A stretch of 58,829 bases of DNA, counting the filler, from an uncultured bacterium (GTDB taxonomy: Bacteria; Auribacterota; CAZIXI01): the NCBI GenBank assembly GCA_964543115.1. It is 3 parts of 3 records of this genome, joined end to end, with 100 filler letters (N's around TTAATTAATTAA, not from the genome) between each part and the next. Parts side by side here need not be neighbours in the genome. Positions count along the whole stretch, not along the records: positions 1 to 19,857 come from CAZIXI010000036.1; 2 more parts are not named here. The stretch is one strand, 5' to 3'. The notes below the pieces were generated by a model. The model saw only the letters and a program-made list of their open reading frames with translations, did no database searches and was not told where the DNA came from. This document shows, one piece after another, positions 1 to 9,571 of the stretch. A program made the position numbers and the translations under genes. Positions within the stretch are counted from its first letter, which is position 1; each line of letters opens with the position of its first letter.

Positions 1-79
1 TTCTGCAAAACGCAAAAATTGTTATCCCGCGGTTAAACCGCGGGATGACATTTGAACTTTTTTACTCTATTTTGCAGAA
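1..79. repeat. REP-like palindrome (TGTTATCCCGCGG-TTAAA-CCGCGGGATGACA, 20-50) inside a 10-bp inverted repeat (TTCTGCAAAA 1-10 / TTTTGCAGAA 70-79)
   Basis: Inverted repeats read directly from the sequence; intergenic position. Confidence 0.6.
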
Positions 80-109
80 GGCTAAAACCCGTAAAAAGGA
101 GGCAATAAA

Positions 110-2440
110 ATGAACCGACATATGGGCAAAAAAATAGTAATTATCTCCGTTTTTTTCTTCCTAATCTATACCTCTTTAGCAGCTAGTAACCTGGAAATCC
201 ACCATATTGATGTGGGTCAGGGTGATGCTACCTTAGTTATTGGGCCTGATGGAACTACGATACTGATTGATGCCGGGGCCAATGGGTATTTTACGCCGGA
301 TGGCGGGAAAATCGTCTTTGAGTATCTTGATGGTCTGGGAGTGGACCAACTCGACTATGTTGTGGCTACCCACCGGGATGCCGACCATATCGGCGGGTTT
401 GCCTTCAGCCAGTATGCCACTTCCCGGCACAGTGTTCTGCTGGCGGAATGGGAAGGCGGGGTGATTAAAAGCTGGCCGGGACTATCCGGAGTTGATGATG
501 ACGGAAACGGTCTGACAGATTTTTCCGGTGATGACGGTTGTTCCAGCCCAGCTAAGACCCCGGATTCCGCTGAAATCGGGCAGGGAGGAACCGACCCCTA
601 TTTTCCGGCTGTGGCTTTTGATAACGGTGAAGAGTCGTTTGATTCTTATTGCAGTACGTCAAAGACATTCAGGCGCTATATCCAGACAGTGGAAGCGGGT
701 GGTATCCGGGTTAAATTAGATAGTTATGAAGCTTTGATGGAACAATATAATAACCCCCTTAATCTGGGCGACGGGGCAACGGCCACAGTTGTCTGCAGCA
801 GCGGCTGGGTGGCGGAGAATCCGGAACAGGTTGAGGGCGCAGCCAGCAGCGGCTCGGTTAACGGCCGTTCGATTGGGATTTATATCCAATATAAGGGTTT
901 TGATTATCTGGCGGCTGGTGACTTAACGGGGAATGAGTCACCTCATATGGAACAGGCATTAAGGGATCTTTTGCTGACTATAAACGATACTCCGGCCGGC
1001 GATCCGGTGGATGTCCTAAAAATAAGCCATCATGGATCAAACAGTTCTTCCGAACAGTCTTATCTTAATGACCTGAAACCGGAAACAGCAATCATCTCTG
1101 TCGGTGATGATAATTCTTACGGCCATCCGGACCAGGAAGTGATTGACCGGCTGCATAACCTCTATCCTGCCCCGCTTCAGCATGTCTATCTTACCGAGGA
1201 AGGAGCAGCGGGCAATGATTATTACGGCCTGCCGCATGATTTTTTATATGAGGCGGTTGTTGTGTCTACCGATGGTTACACGTATTCCATCAGTAATAGT
1301 GACGGCGCCTGGGATGAATATCAAACTGATAGTTTATACTCTTTACAATTATCCTTGCCGGAAGAAACCGCGGAAAAACCATTTTATACGGGAGCGGCAG
1401 GCAGCCTAATGAATGTAAAGTTTCTTGACCCTGCCTATACTAAGTCACAGACCTACCTTTACGACACCTACCATGTATTGGCCGGGGGCGAGGACATGAA
1501 AGGTTTTGAAATCAATGCTCTCCTGAATAATGAATCTCCGGAGGGTTATTATTTCACTCTGTTTACCGACTCCGACCAGGAAATGGCAATTAAGAGATTT
1601 ATCCATTGGATCGATTATCAGGTGCCAGCTGTGGCCGTCCCTAATGTACCGGCGCTGGTGCCGGTGGACGGAACCTATAACTGGCTGGCGGTCAGTGGAT
1701 TCGTAACAGATATCCCTCCCTGCAATCAAGCAGATATTTTTTCGATACCTGATTTTACCTTTTACGGGGTGTGGCTGGCTGATCCGCGGGCGGATGGCTT
1801 GGGGTTTAATGTCTATCAAACAGCAGAGGATCTTAAGGCAATCTACCAGCCGGTTGCCAATGCCTATCGCTCCGTGGTTGAGCCACCAGAGGAAGACTCC
1901 ATTGCGGAATTAGAATGCGCGTTAAGAGAAGTACAAATGAGTATCGCTAAGGCTCCGACAGATAAAACATTATTAAGATACTTGCGCAGGCCCCGCAGCC
2001 TTAGAAGATATGACTGGCAAAAGATTATTCCCCGGGCTGTGAAAGAGAATTTATCTTTTATGGAGGTATTTAGTAAAACCGCATTTTCCGATTATTTACT
2101 GGTAAAAAATCTTGATACCGGCAAAAAATACTCGCTTTCGGTTTTTGGCAAAGGCCGAGCAGCCTTTCTGCTTGATCCGGAAACCGCTAAAATCAGACAA
2201 ATTTCCTGGACAATAAACGATGAAAAGTATCCCGCCCTTTCCCGTTATGAGGCAATGCTGATTGCGCGTCTGGCACTGAAACAAAATGGCTGCCGGATTC
2301 GTTCCGGAAAGTATCCGACAATATCACTCGTTTGGTCCAGGGATTTTAAAACTTCCAGGTTCCAGCCCAGCTACCGCCTGGATTTCCACTGCGGGCCTAT
2401 CGTCTACGTACACCAGGATGGACGATCTGAGATAGTGTAA
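110..2440 (+). CDS. Secreted ComEC/Rec2-like MBL-fold metallo-hydrolase with long uncharacterised C-terminal extension
   Basis: Signal peptide; motifs HHIDVGQGDATLV, THRDADHIGG, LAAGDL, KISHHGS, SYGHP; AGGAGG RBS upstream. Confidence 0.85.
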   Translation: MNRHMGKKIVIISVFFFLIYTSLAASNLEIHHIDVGQGDATLVIGPDGTTILIDAGANGYFTPDGGKIVFEYLDGLGVDQLDYVVATHRDADHIGGFAFSQYATSRHSVLLAEWEGGVIKSWPGLSGVDDDGNGLTDFSGDDGCSSPAKTPDSAEIGQGGTDPYFPAVAFDNGEESFDSYCSTSKTFRRYIQTVEAGGIRVKLDSYEALMEQYNNPLNLGDGATATVVCSSGWVAENPEQVEGAASSGSVNGRSIGIYIQYKGFDYLAAGDLTGNESPHMEQALRDLLLTINDTPAGDPVDVLKISHHGSNSSSEQSYLNDLKPETAIISVGDDNSYGHPDQEVIDRLHNLYPAPLQHVYLTEEGAAGNDYYGLPHDFLYEAVVVSTDGYTYSISNSDGAWDEYQTDSLYSLQLSLPEETAEKPFYTGAAGSLMNVKFLDPAYTKSQTYLYDTYHVLAGGEDMKGFEINALLNNESPEGYYFTLFTDSDQEMAIKRFIHWIDYQVPAVAVPNVPALVPVDGTYNWLAVSGFVTDIPPCNQADIFSIPDFTFYGVWLADPRADGLGFNVYQTAEDLKAIYQPVANAYRSVVEPPEEDSIAELECALREVQMSIAKAPTDKTLLRYLRRPRSLRRYDWQKIIPRAVKENLSFMEVFSKTAFSDYLLVKNLDTGKKYSLSVFGKGRAAFLLDPETAKIRQISWTINDEKYPALSRYEAMLIARLALKQNGCRIRSGKYPTISLVWSRDFKTSRFQPSYRLDFHCGPIVYVHQDGRSEIV

Positions 2441-2574
2441 GTGGAAAAATAGCGCGTAATCCCATCAGCGGCATATCGTTACGAGGAGTGCCCCCATTTT
2501 TATCGCAAAAACTACGCTATTTATAATTAGGGGATGATGGTGTAGAATAGGGACAAAGAAGGAGTAGTCTGAAG

Positions 2575-4092
2575 ATGAAAAATAAACCCCTAATACTCTT
2601 TATAATGGTATTTACCTATATCGCTATATTTTCTTACACGGCCATTAGACAACACAATGCCTACAATACCACACTCTTTGATTTAGGTATATTTGACCAG
2701 GTAGTCTGGAATACTGCTCATGGACGATTGTTTGAGAGCTCTATAAAGGGCTTTAATTTCCTGGGAGATCATTTCTCACCCATTTTAGTTTTAGCAGCTC
2801 CCCTATATTATATTTGGTCAGACGCGCGTATGTTGCTCATCCTCCAAACCCTTCTGCTTGCTATTGGAGTTTTCCCAATTTACTTGATTGCCAGACGGGA
2901 ATTTAAGGAAAATTCTATCGCATTACTATTCGCATTTATTTATTTAGCTTATCCGGCATTAGGATATTTGAATATGTTTGATTTCCACCCAATAGCTATC
3001 TCCGTTCCATTTTTAGCGTGGGCTTTTTACTTTTTTAAGACAGACAGGTGGGGCCCTTTTTATTCATGTATTACAGGAGCTTTGCTTTGCAAAGAAGAGA
3101 TAGCAATTATAGTCGCTTTTTTTGGCATTTTTATCTGGATTAAGACCAGGAATTTTAAAAAGGGTATTCCCGTTTTTGGCCTGGGATTATTTTATTTTAT
3201 ATTAATAATGTTTTTTATAATCCCAGAATTCGGCAAGGGCCAATTTCTTTATTATGTCAGATATTCACACTTGGGCGCAAATATACGGGAGATTGCTAAA
3301 ACTATTGTTTTTCACCCAATATATTCTTTGGCCTGCTCTTTTACTTTAAAAAAATTAGCTAATTTTGCTTTCATTTTTCTAGCTTTAGGTTTTGCTCCTT
3401 TCTTTAGCCCGCTTCATTTATTGCCAGTTCTGCCTACTCTGGCTTATTCTTATCTGAGCAATTATCCGCTTCAGTTTGATGTACGCTATCAATATACTGC
3501 CCCAATGATACCTTTCTTAGTCTTTGCCGCCATGTATGGGACAAAAAATATTCTGGGTTGGTTACAAAAAGATATATGGAAGAAAATATTTTTATATTTT
3601 TTGTTGTTCTGTACAATATGCGCGAGCCTTTGCCAAATTATTGTTCCGCTTAGAAAAAAGCCTTTAACGCCGCGGGCGGCACACCTTGAAATAATTCAGG
3701 CGGCAAGACTTATACCCAAGAATAGCTCTTTAACAGCAGGAAACAGCTTAGGCGCTCATTTTTCACAACGACAGTTTATTAAGAAATACAGCATAGAAGA
3801 AACACCTTCAACTGAACTTGTGTTTTTGGATTTAAACCGGGATTTTGCCTGGAGTGAAGATAAAGAATCTTTTAATGAATCCTTTATTAGAGTACTAAAT
3901 AATAAAAACTATGGAGTTTTATATTTCGACAATGCGATAGTTCTACTAAAAAAGGGGATTCGTAACGATAAATCCGGGGAAGTATTATCTTTTTTGGCAA
4001 ACTATCAATCTTTGAATTTACCGCAAGATAGTAGATTTATTTCATTTATTAAAAAAATGTTTAAGACAGGGGCACAGAATTTTTCACAATAA
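2575..4092 (+). CDS. DUF2079-family polytopic membrane protein (putative GT-C glycosyltransferase)
   Basis: FDLGIFDQVVWNTAHG, GDHFSPIL, DFHP, CKEE motifs; many hydrophobic segments. Confidence 0.8.
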   Translation: MKNKPLILFIMVFTYIAIFSYTAIRQHNAYNTTLFDLGIFDQVVWNTAHGRLFESSIKGFNFLGDHFSPILVLAAPLYYIWSDARMLLILQTLLLAIGVFPIYLIARREFKENSIALLFAFIYLAYPALGYLNMFDFHPIAISVPFLAWAFYFFKTDRWGPFYSCITGALLCKEEIAIIVAFFGIFIWIKTRNFKKGIPVFGLGLFYFILIMFFIIPEFGKGQFLYYVRYSHLGANIREIAKTIVFHPIYSLACSFTLKKLANFAFIFLALGFAPFFSPLHLLPVLPTLAYSYLSNYPLQFDVRYQYTAPMIPFLVFAAMYGTKNILGWLQKDIWKKIFLYFLLFCTICASLCQIIVPLRKKPLTPRAAHLEIIQAARLIPKNSSLTAGNSLGAHFSQRQFIKKYSIEETPSTELVFLDLNRDFAWSEDKESFNESFIRVLNNKNYGVLYFDNAIVLLKKGIRNDKSGEVLSFLANYQSLNLPQDSRFISFIKKMFKTGAQNFSQ

Positions 4093-4178
4093 TTCAATAT
4101 TATTTCTATCAAGTTACTAATTCAGGGGTGTCCTGGGGAGCCGGGCCGGACCCGGACAGAAAAGCGCCTACAGCTAAG

Positions 4179-6170
4179 CTATAGGCTGTCGATGGCGTTT
4201 TTCCAGTTTTCCGCCATTACCTGGTAGCCGGCTTCGTTGGCGTGGATGGTATCGGACATTAATGATTCATCGGCTTTGGAATTAGCGGAATCATAAAAAT
4301 CCGTCCAGTTGGTGGTGATGAATGAATCCATGCCGGTAAGGCCGGCCTGCAGGCTGGTGTTATAGGGTGAGACAACTAAGGTGGTTGTTAACGCTTCGGT
4401 GGTGGGCAGGGTCATTGAGACTATCAACTGCGGGGCACTGCCGTTACCGTTTATATGCGCCTTTACTAAGTTGACGACATCCTGCATATCCTCAATGGTA
4501 CGGGTGATGGCCTGACTGATTGTATACCCGCCAGTTATGTCCTGGACGAGATCGTTTCCCCCAGCCAGTAAAAGCACGATATCCGGATCTTCATTCAGCC
4601 AGCCCTCACTCTGGATCAATGCCAGAATTTCATCGGCGCGTTTGCCGGTATCACCATGATTTGTTACGGTATAAAGTCCGCTGCCGTAGGCATTGTCCAG
4701 CATTACCTGTAAATAGGCAGGATAGGTGGTGCTTTCGCCTTGATAAGGATAGCCTTCGGTTAGACTGTCACCAAAACAGGAAATGGTCATCGGCTCTGCC
4801 GGAGGACTACCATTACCGTCGTCATCGTCATCACCATCATCAGGATCTGCTATGTGTTTAGCCCCAATACTGCAATGGCCGCCAAAGGTGCCCCAATACA
4901 TCGCCCGTTCGGCAATTACGGCAATACTATTGGTAACGGCAACTTTTGTGGATACGCCTGTCTCGTTGGGTACAAAATCGTTAACATAAATTGAATGGCG
5001 GGTAGTGGCATTAACAATAATATCCTGGGTGAGGGTTGTACCATCACTTTTCATAAAGGTTACGGTAATGGTGGCCGCGCTGGCACTAGGATTCTGGATC
5101 AGGACCCAGGTGCCATAGCCGGAGGTGCTGCCTTCAGCCAGATACCAGGTGGTGCCCGGATCTGAGATACCGATACTGCAATGTCCGCCGCCGCTGTCCC
5201 AGTACATGGCGCGCTCGGCAATCAAGCCAATATCATTATCGGAAACTATTTTAGTGGAAACACCTGATTCATCCGGAACAACCCTATTGACATTGATCGA
5301 ATACCGGCTGGTGGCATTAACGGTAATCGGCTGACTGACGGTTGTGCCGTCGCTCTTCATGAAGGTGACGGTAACCTCCGCGGTAGTGGTATTGGGATTC
5401 TGGATCAGCACCCATTCGTTATAACCGTTGGTGCTGCCTTCGGCCAGGTACCAGGTGGTATTGGTGGCGATTTCACCCAAGCTGCAGTGGCCGCCGCCCG
5501 TTCCCCAGTACATTGCCCGTTCAACAACAACGCCCAGATCGTCGGCTGATTCTACTTTTGTGGAGACACCCACTTCATTAGGCAGGATATTATTAACGTC
5601 AATTGTATATCTGCTGGAAGCGCCCACTTCTATGGTTTCAACCACAGTTGTGCCGTCTTCTTTCATAAAGGTAACGGTTACATCGGCGGTGGTGCTATTG
5701 GGATTTTGGATCAATACATATTCGTCAAAATTACTGGTTGATCCTTCCGCTAAAAACCAGGATGTACTTGTGCCGGTAGAACCAATACTGCAGTGGCCTC
5801 CGCCGTCCCCCCAATACATGGCGCGTTCAGCAATGATTTTTTTGCTGTTCGTACACTCTACTTTTGTGGACACTCCGGGCTCATTAGGGACGTAACTGTT
5901 TACATTTAAGGTGTACCGGCTGGTGGCGGAAACAGTGGTTGTGTGGGTCAGGGTTGTGCCGTCACCTTTCATGAAGGTAAAGGTAACATCAGCATCAGTA
6001 CTTTGGGGATTCTGCACCAGCACCCAGGTATTAAAACCATAGGCGGTTGATCCTTCCGCCAGATACCAAAGGGTATTAGTATTTATATCGGCCGCGGCCT
6101 CGAAAGAAATAAATGCTGACAGGCCAAGTATAATAAAACCTATGATCTTGACATAATTTCTGAATCTCAT
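4179..6170 (-). CDS. Secreted protein: four ~100-aa WYLAEG...AERAMYW...GGHC repeats (DUF5719-like; 4863-6068), acidic linker, C-terminal SGNH/GDSL hydrolase
   Basis: Signal peptide; four repeats visible; FGDSLT, AGGND and DTIHAN are SGNH blocks I, III and V. Confidence 0.85.
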   Translation of the reverse strand: MRFRNYVKIIGFIILGLSAFISFEAAADINTNTLWYLAEGSTAYGFNTWVLVQNPQSTDADVTFTFMKGDGTTLTHTTTVSATSRYTLNVNSYVPNEPGVSTKVECTNSKKIIAERAMYWGDGGGHCSIGSTGTSTSWFLAEGSTSNFDEYVLIQNPNSTTADVTVTFMKEDGTTVVETIEVGASSRYTIDVNNILPNEVGVSTKVESADDLGVVVERAMYWGTGGGHCSLGEIATNTTWYLAEGSTNGYNEWVLIQNPNTTTAEVTVTFMKSDGTTVSQPITVNATSRYSINVNRVVPDESGVSTKIVSDNDIGLIAERAMYWDSGGGHCSIGISDPGTTWYLAEGSTSGYGTWVLIQNPSASAATITVTFMKSDGTTLTQDIIVNATTRHSIYVNDFVPNETGVSTKVAVTNSIAVIAERAMYWGTFGGHCSIGAKHIADPDDGDDDDDGNGSPPAEPMTISCFGDSLTEGYPYQGESTTYPAYLQVMLDNAYGSGLYTVTNHGDTGKRADEILALIQSEGWLNEDPDIVLLLAGGNDLVQDITGGYTISQAITRTIEDMQDVVNLVKAHINGNGSAPQLIVSMTLPTTEALTTTLVVSPYNTSLQAGLTGMDSFITTNWTDFYDSANSKADESLMSDTIHANEAGYQVMAENWKNAIDSL

Positions 6171-6208
6171 CCGGTTCCTCCAGAATAGTCTGCTACGATC
6201 AATATACC

Positions 6209-6225
6209 AGCATATTTCATGCCTA
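6209..6225 (-). promoter_or_regulatory. Putative sigma54 -24/-12 promoter (TAGGCATGAAATATGCT) for the WYLAEG/SGNH gene
   Basis: GG-N10-GC spacing; nearly the same as the element at 55660-55676; sigma54 activator gene directly upstream. Confidence 0.55.
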
Positions 6226-6319
6226 AATCTAATAATTATCCACTTATATGATACACAATTACTTAGCTTGATTGCAAGAAGAGAATTATGCCAAAATAAC
6301 GCGTTTTTGCCAATAGAAC

Positions 6320-6337
6320 TGTGCTAAAATGGGACAC
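6320..6337. promoter_or_regulatory. Candidate NtrC-family enhancer site (TGTGCTAAAATGGGACAC)
   Basis: Pseudo-palindrome resembling TGCACCA-N3-TGGTGCA, about 100 bp upstream of the putative sigma54 promoter. Confidence 0.35.
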
Positions 6338-7677
6338 TAGAGGTTGTATTCTCTGAGCTTGCGGTGGAGGGTGCGGCGGGAAATACCCAGTTGCTGGGCA
6401 GCTTTGGTTTTGTTGTTGCCGGTTTTACGCAGGGTTTCCATGACCATGGCTTTTTCCACATCTTCCATTTTTCCGCCATCACGCAATAACAGCTGCGGGG
6501 TAGTACCTTCCCGGACATAGACGGGCAGCTCTTCCAGATCAATTGTGTCTCGCCGGGATAGAATTACGATACTTTCCAGCAGATTACGCAGTTCCCTGAC
6601 ATTACCCGGCCAACTATAGTTTGTGAGTTTATCCATGGCTGCCGGGGTAATAGATTGTACTTTTTTATCATGTTCCTTATTAAAGTCCTTGAGGAACTTG
6701 GCAATCAAGAGGGGAATATCTTCCCGGCGCTCCCGTAACGGCGGCACTTTAATGGCGATTACTTTTATGCGGTAATAAAGGTCTTCCCGGAACTTATTAT
6801 CTTTTATTCTCGCTTCCAGATCAGCATTGGTGGCGGCGATTATCCGCACATCAACTTTGATGTTTTTTGTTCCTCCGACCCTTTGGAAATAATGAGTTTC
6901 TAACACCCGTAAAAGCTTTACCTGGGTATTAAGATCCATCTCACTTAATTCATCTAAAAAGAGCGTTCCTTTATCGGCTAATTCAAATCTTCCCGGTTTT
7001 GCCTGAATGGCACCGGTAAAGGCACCGCGTTCATGGCCGAATAGCTCACTTTCCAGCAGACTCTGGGCCAGGCTGGCACAATGAACGTCGACAAACGGTT
7101 TGTCGGCACGCGGACTGTTGGCGTGAATGGCATGGGCAATCAGTTCTTTCCCGGTTCCACTTTCTCCGCTTACCAGTACCGTAGCCTTGGTGGGCGCTAC
7201 CTGTTTAATGGTTTCAAATATCTGTTTTATCTGCGGGGTATTACCAATTATGTTTTCAAAACCGTAACGTTCATGCAGCTGTTCTTTCAGGGAAATGTTT
7301 TCCTGTTCCATCTTTCTGGTGGATAACGCCCGGCGAATGAGGATCGTGACCTCGTCAAGATTGACCGGTTTAGTCACAAAATCATAGGCACCCATCTTCA
7401 TTGCGCCTACCGCGGCTTCCACCGTGCCGTAAGCGGTAAGAATTATGGTTATGGTTTGTGGGCTCAGCTCTTTTACTTTCCGCATTAGCCCAACACCATC
7501 TAAGCCGGGCATTTTCAGATCAGTAAGCATTAGATCTATTTTATGTTTGGCAAACAAACCCAGGGCGCTCTGACCGTCGGCCGCTAAGAGTATGCGGTAT
7601 TGAGCACCGGCCAGGCCCAATTTCAACCCCTCTCTGGTGTTTTTTTCGTCGTCAACTATTAAGATATTAGTTTTCAT
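6337..7677 (-). CDS. Sigma54-dependent response regulator (NtrC/AtoC family; REC-AAA+-Fis HTH)
   Basis: ILIVDDE, DLKMPG, GESGTGKE, GAFTGA, WPGNVREL, C-terminal HTH. Confidence 0.95.
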   Translation of the reverse strand: MKTNILIVDDEKNTREGLKLGLAGAQYRILLAADGQSALGLFAKHKIDLMLTDLKMPGLDGVGLMRKVKELSPQTITIILTAYGTVEAAVGAMKMGAYDFVTKPVNLDEVTILIRRALSTRKMEQENISLKEQLHERYGFENIIGNTPQIKQIFETIKQVAPTKATVLVSGESGTGKELIAHAIHANSPRADKPFVDVHCASLAQSLLESELFGHERGAFTGAIQAKPGRFELADKGTLFLDELSEMDLNTQVKLLRVLETHYFQRVGGTKNIKVDVRIIAATNADLEARIKDNKFREDLYYRIKVIAIKVPPLRERREDIPLLIAKFLKDFNKEHDKKVQSITPAAMDKLTNYSWPGNVRELRNLLESIVILSRRDTIDLEELPVYVREGTTPQLLLRDGGKMEDVEKAMVMETLRKTGNNKTKAAQQLGISRRTLHRKLREYNL

Positions 7678-7678
7678 T

Positions 7679-8848
7679 TCATTTTTCTCGACTATTTGCC
7701 GGCGGAAGCAGTTTCGGCCCCGGCAGCTGCACCGGCAGAAAAACGTCTACCCTGGTTCCTTTCCCCAAAGAACTCTCAATAGCAATCCGGCCCTGGTGCT
7801 CTTTTATTATCCGGTGCACGATCATCAACCCCAGGCCCGATCCTTTGGCTTTAGTAGTATAATACGGTTCAAATATTTTGTCCAGTTGATCCCGGGGTAT
7901 ACCGATACCATTGTCAAGAAAGGATATCTTAATCTGTCCGCCGGCCAAAGCGGTACTCACCCGCAGCAGGCCGGGACCGGACATTGCCTCGGAGGCGTTC
8001 TTAATAATATTTACAAACACCTGCCGTAACTGGATATAATCAATATAGATCCGGGGAAGATCTTTCTGCATTTTCTTTTCTATTTTTATCTTGTTTTTCT
8101 TTAGCTCCCGTTCCATAAAGGCCAGTGTTTCCAGGAGCAGATTGTTAATATCCGATTCTATAAACCTTGGTTTCAGAGGCGCGGTGGCCTGCAGAAAATG
8201 TGTAACGATCTGGTCCAGGCGGCCTATCTCATCGTGAGCTATGCCCAAGAGGTTCTTTAATCTGTCTTTTGTCTTTTTCGGCAGTCTGGTAAGTGACCTG
8301 TCTATCAACTGCAGATGAATGGCCAGGGAATTCAGGGGATTGCCAAGCTCGTGGGCCAGGCCGGCGGCCAGGGTAACCAGGGCCTTTAGCTTTTCTGCCT
8401 CTACCTTTTTCAGGCCGGCGTCTCTCGTCTTGGTCAGGTCTTTTATTTGGGCCAAGTAACCAATAACTTCCTCTCCGCCTAGAGGAGTAACTGAAACATG
8501 AATTAATTGCCGCCGCGGCGTGCTGATCTGCAATTCCCGCGGTTTCAAGGGCTGGGAAGAACCTAGCGTCTGGCGCAGATACGAAATTAACTGCTCGTCA
8601 AAAGGACAATGATCAAAACGATGGCCCTGCAGCCGTTCACTGGACACACTGAGCAAAAATTCCCCGGCGGGATTGATCAGTTTTACTTTTCTGTCGCGAT
8701 CAATAATGAGAATCCCCTGCTCTATTCCGGAAATTATCTCTTCAAGGAATTTGTTCTCCAAGATAAGTGTCTGCAGGTAAGTTTTCAGCTGGCGCTTATC
8801 TATCCGATCAATCCGCGCCAGTAATTTGTCTGTAAATTTCTTTGTCAT
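7679..8848 (-). CDS. Cytoplasmic PAS-domain sensor histidine kinase (NtrB-like)
   Basis: AHELGNPL H-box, NIIKNA N-box, DNGIG, GSGLGL; no transmembrane helix apparent; co-oriented with the regulator. Confidence 0.92.
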   Translation of the reverse strand: MTKKFTDKLLARIDRIDKRQLKTYLQTLILENKFLEEIISGIEQGILIIDRDRKVKLINPAGEFLLSVSSERLQGHRFDHCPFDEQLISYLRQTLGSSQPLKPRELQISTPRRQLIHVSVTPLGGEEVIGYLAQIKDLTKTRDAGLKKVEAEKLKALVTLAAGLAHELGNPLNSLAIHLQLIDRSLTRLPKKTKDRLKNLLGIAHDEIGRLDQIVTHFLQATAPLKPRFIESDINNLLLETLAFMERELKKNKIKIEKKMQKDLPRIYIDYIQLRQVFVNIIKNASEAMSGPGLLRVSTALAGGQIKISFLDNGIGIPRDQLDKIFEPYYTTKAKGSGLGLMIVHRIIKEHQGRIAIESSLGKGTRVDVFLPVQLPGPKLLPPANSREK

Positions 8849-8912
8849 TTTTTTATACTATCAACCTTAGAGGAATTTTTATTAATAAGGCTGCCCCAAG
8901 CTTCGCTTGGGG

Positions 8913-8983
8913 CTGCCCCGCTTCGCGGGGCTGCTATTATTGGAATGGATATAAACTGCCATTACAGGAATGGTTATAGACTG
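8913..8983. repeat. 71-bp dispersed repeat, copy 1 (copy 2 at 55947-56017)
   Basis: 68/71 identical by direct comparison; preceded by hairpin GCCCCAAGC-TTC-GCTTGGGGC. Confidence 0.9.
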
Positions 8984-9505
8984 TATTGGCAGCCGCAGTA
9001 GGTTTGCCGATACAAGCCATATTCCTTGGCCAGCTTACAGGAATGACGGAAACCATCCTTCTTCTTGAAATCTTCCGCCAAAAACTTAACTCCATATTGC
9101 CTCGCTGCTTCTTCACCCAGGGGATCGATCACTGCCGCCGGCTTGTGCGGACTGAGGGTCAAGCTTGTAGCAAAATATTTAAATCCTTTCTCACTGGCTG
9201 CNNNNNNNNNNGGTTCTCGCCAACCGCTGCCGGTAACAGAGGGAACATCTCTTTCCGCCTTCCGGCTCGTCCCGCCAGTCCCGGGTCATCTCCAGCCAGC
9301 TCTCCGGATCGTATTCGGCCTCAATTAATTCTACTCGCTGTCTTTCAGCTAGTATAGCGGCGGCGCTCAGGCGCCTCGCGTATTCTTCCCGGGGCTGAAT
9401 ATTCGGGCCATAAAAAAACAAACTTAACTCAAAGCTTTCAATTAGTTTACTAATCGGATGAGCGGCACAGGGCCCGCAACAAATATGAAGTAAAAGCGAT
9501 TCCAT
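8974..9505 (-). CDS. queH: Epoxyqueuosine reductase QueH (DUF208), split by a 10-N gap at 9202-9211
   Basis: LLLHICCGPCA, RCSLCY, SLTLSPHK, YRQTYCGCQYS; the frame change falls in the N gap. Confidence 0.9.
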
Positions 9506-9571
9506 ATCTTTTGCAGAGAAAACCTCACACTCCGGAAATTGACGCAAGAGGTTTTCTTTTCATTTCACTAT

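Noticed and set aside
8938..8983. Two ~23-nt direct repeats as a mini CRISPR array
   Set aside because: Units are adjacent with no spacer, only two per copy, and no cas genes are present.
9191..9215. Frameshifted or pseudogenised queH
   Set aside because: The frame change lies within a 10-N gap of arbitrary length; both halves are intact.
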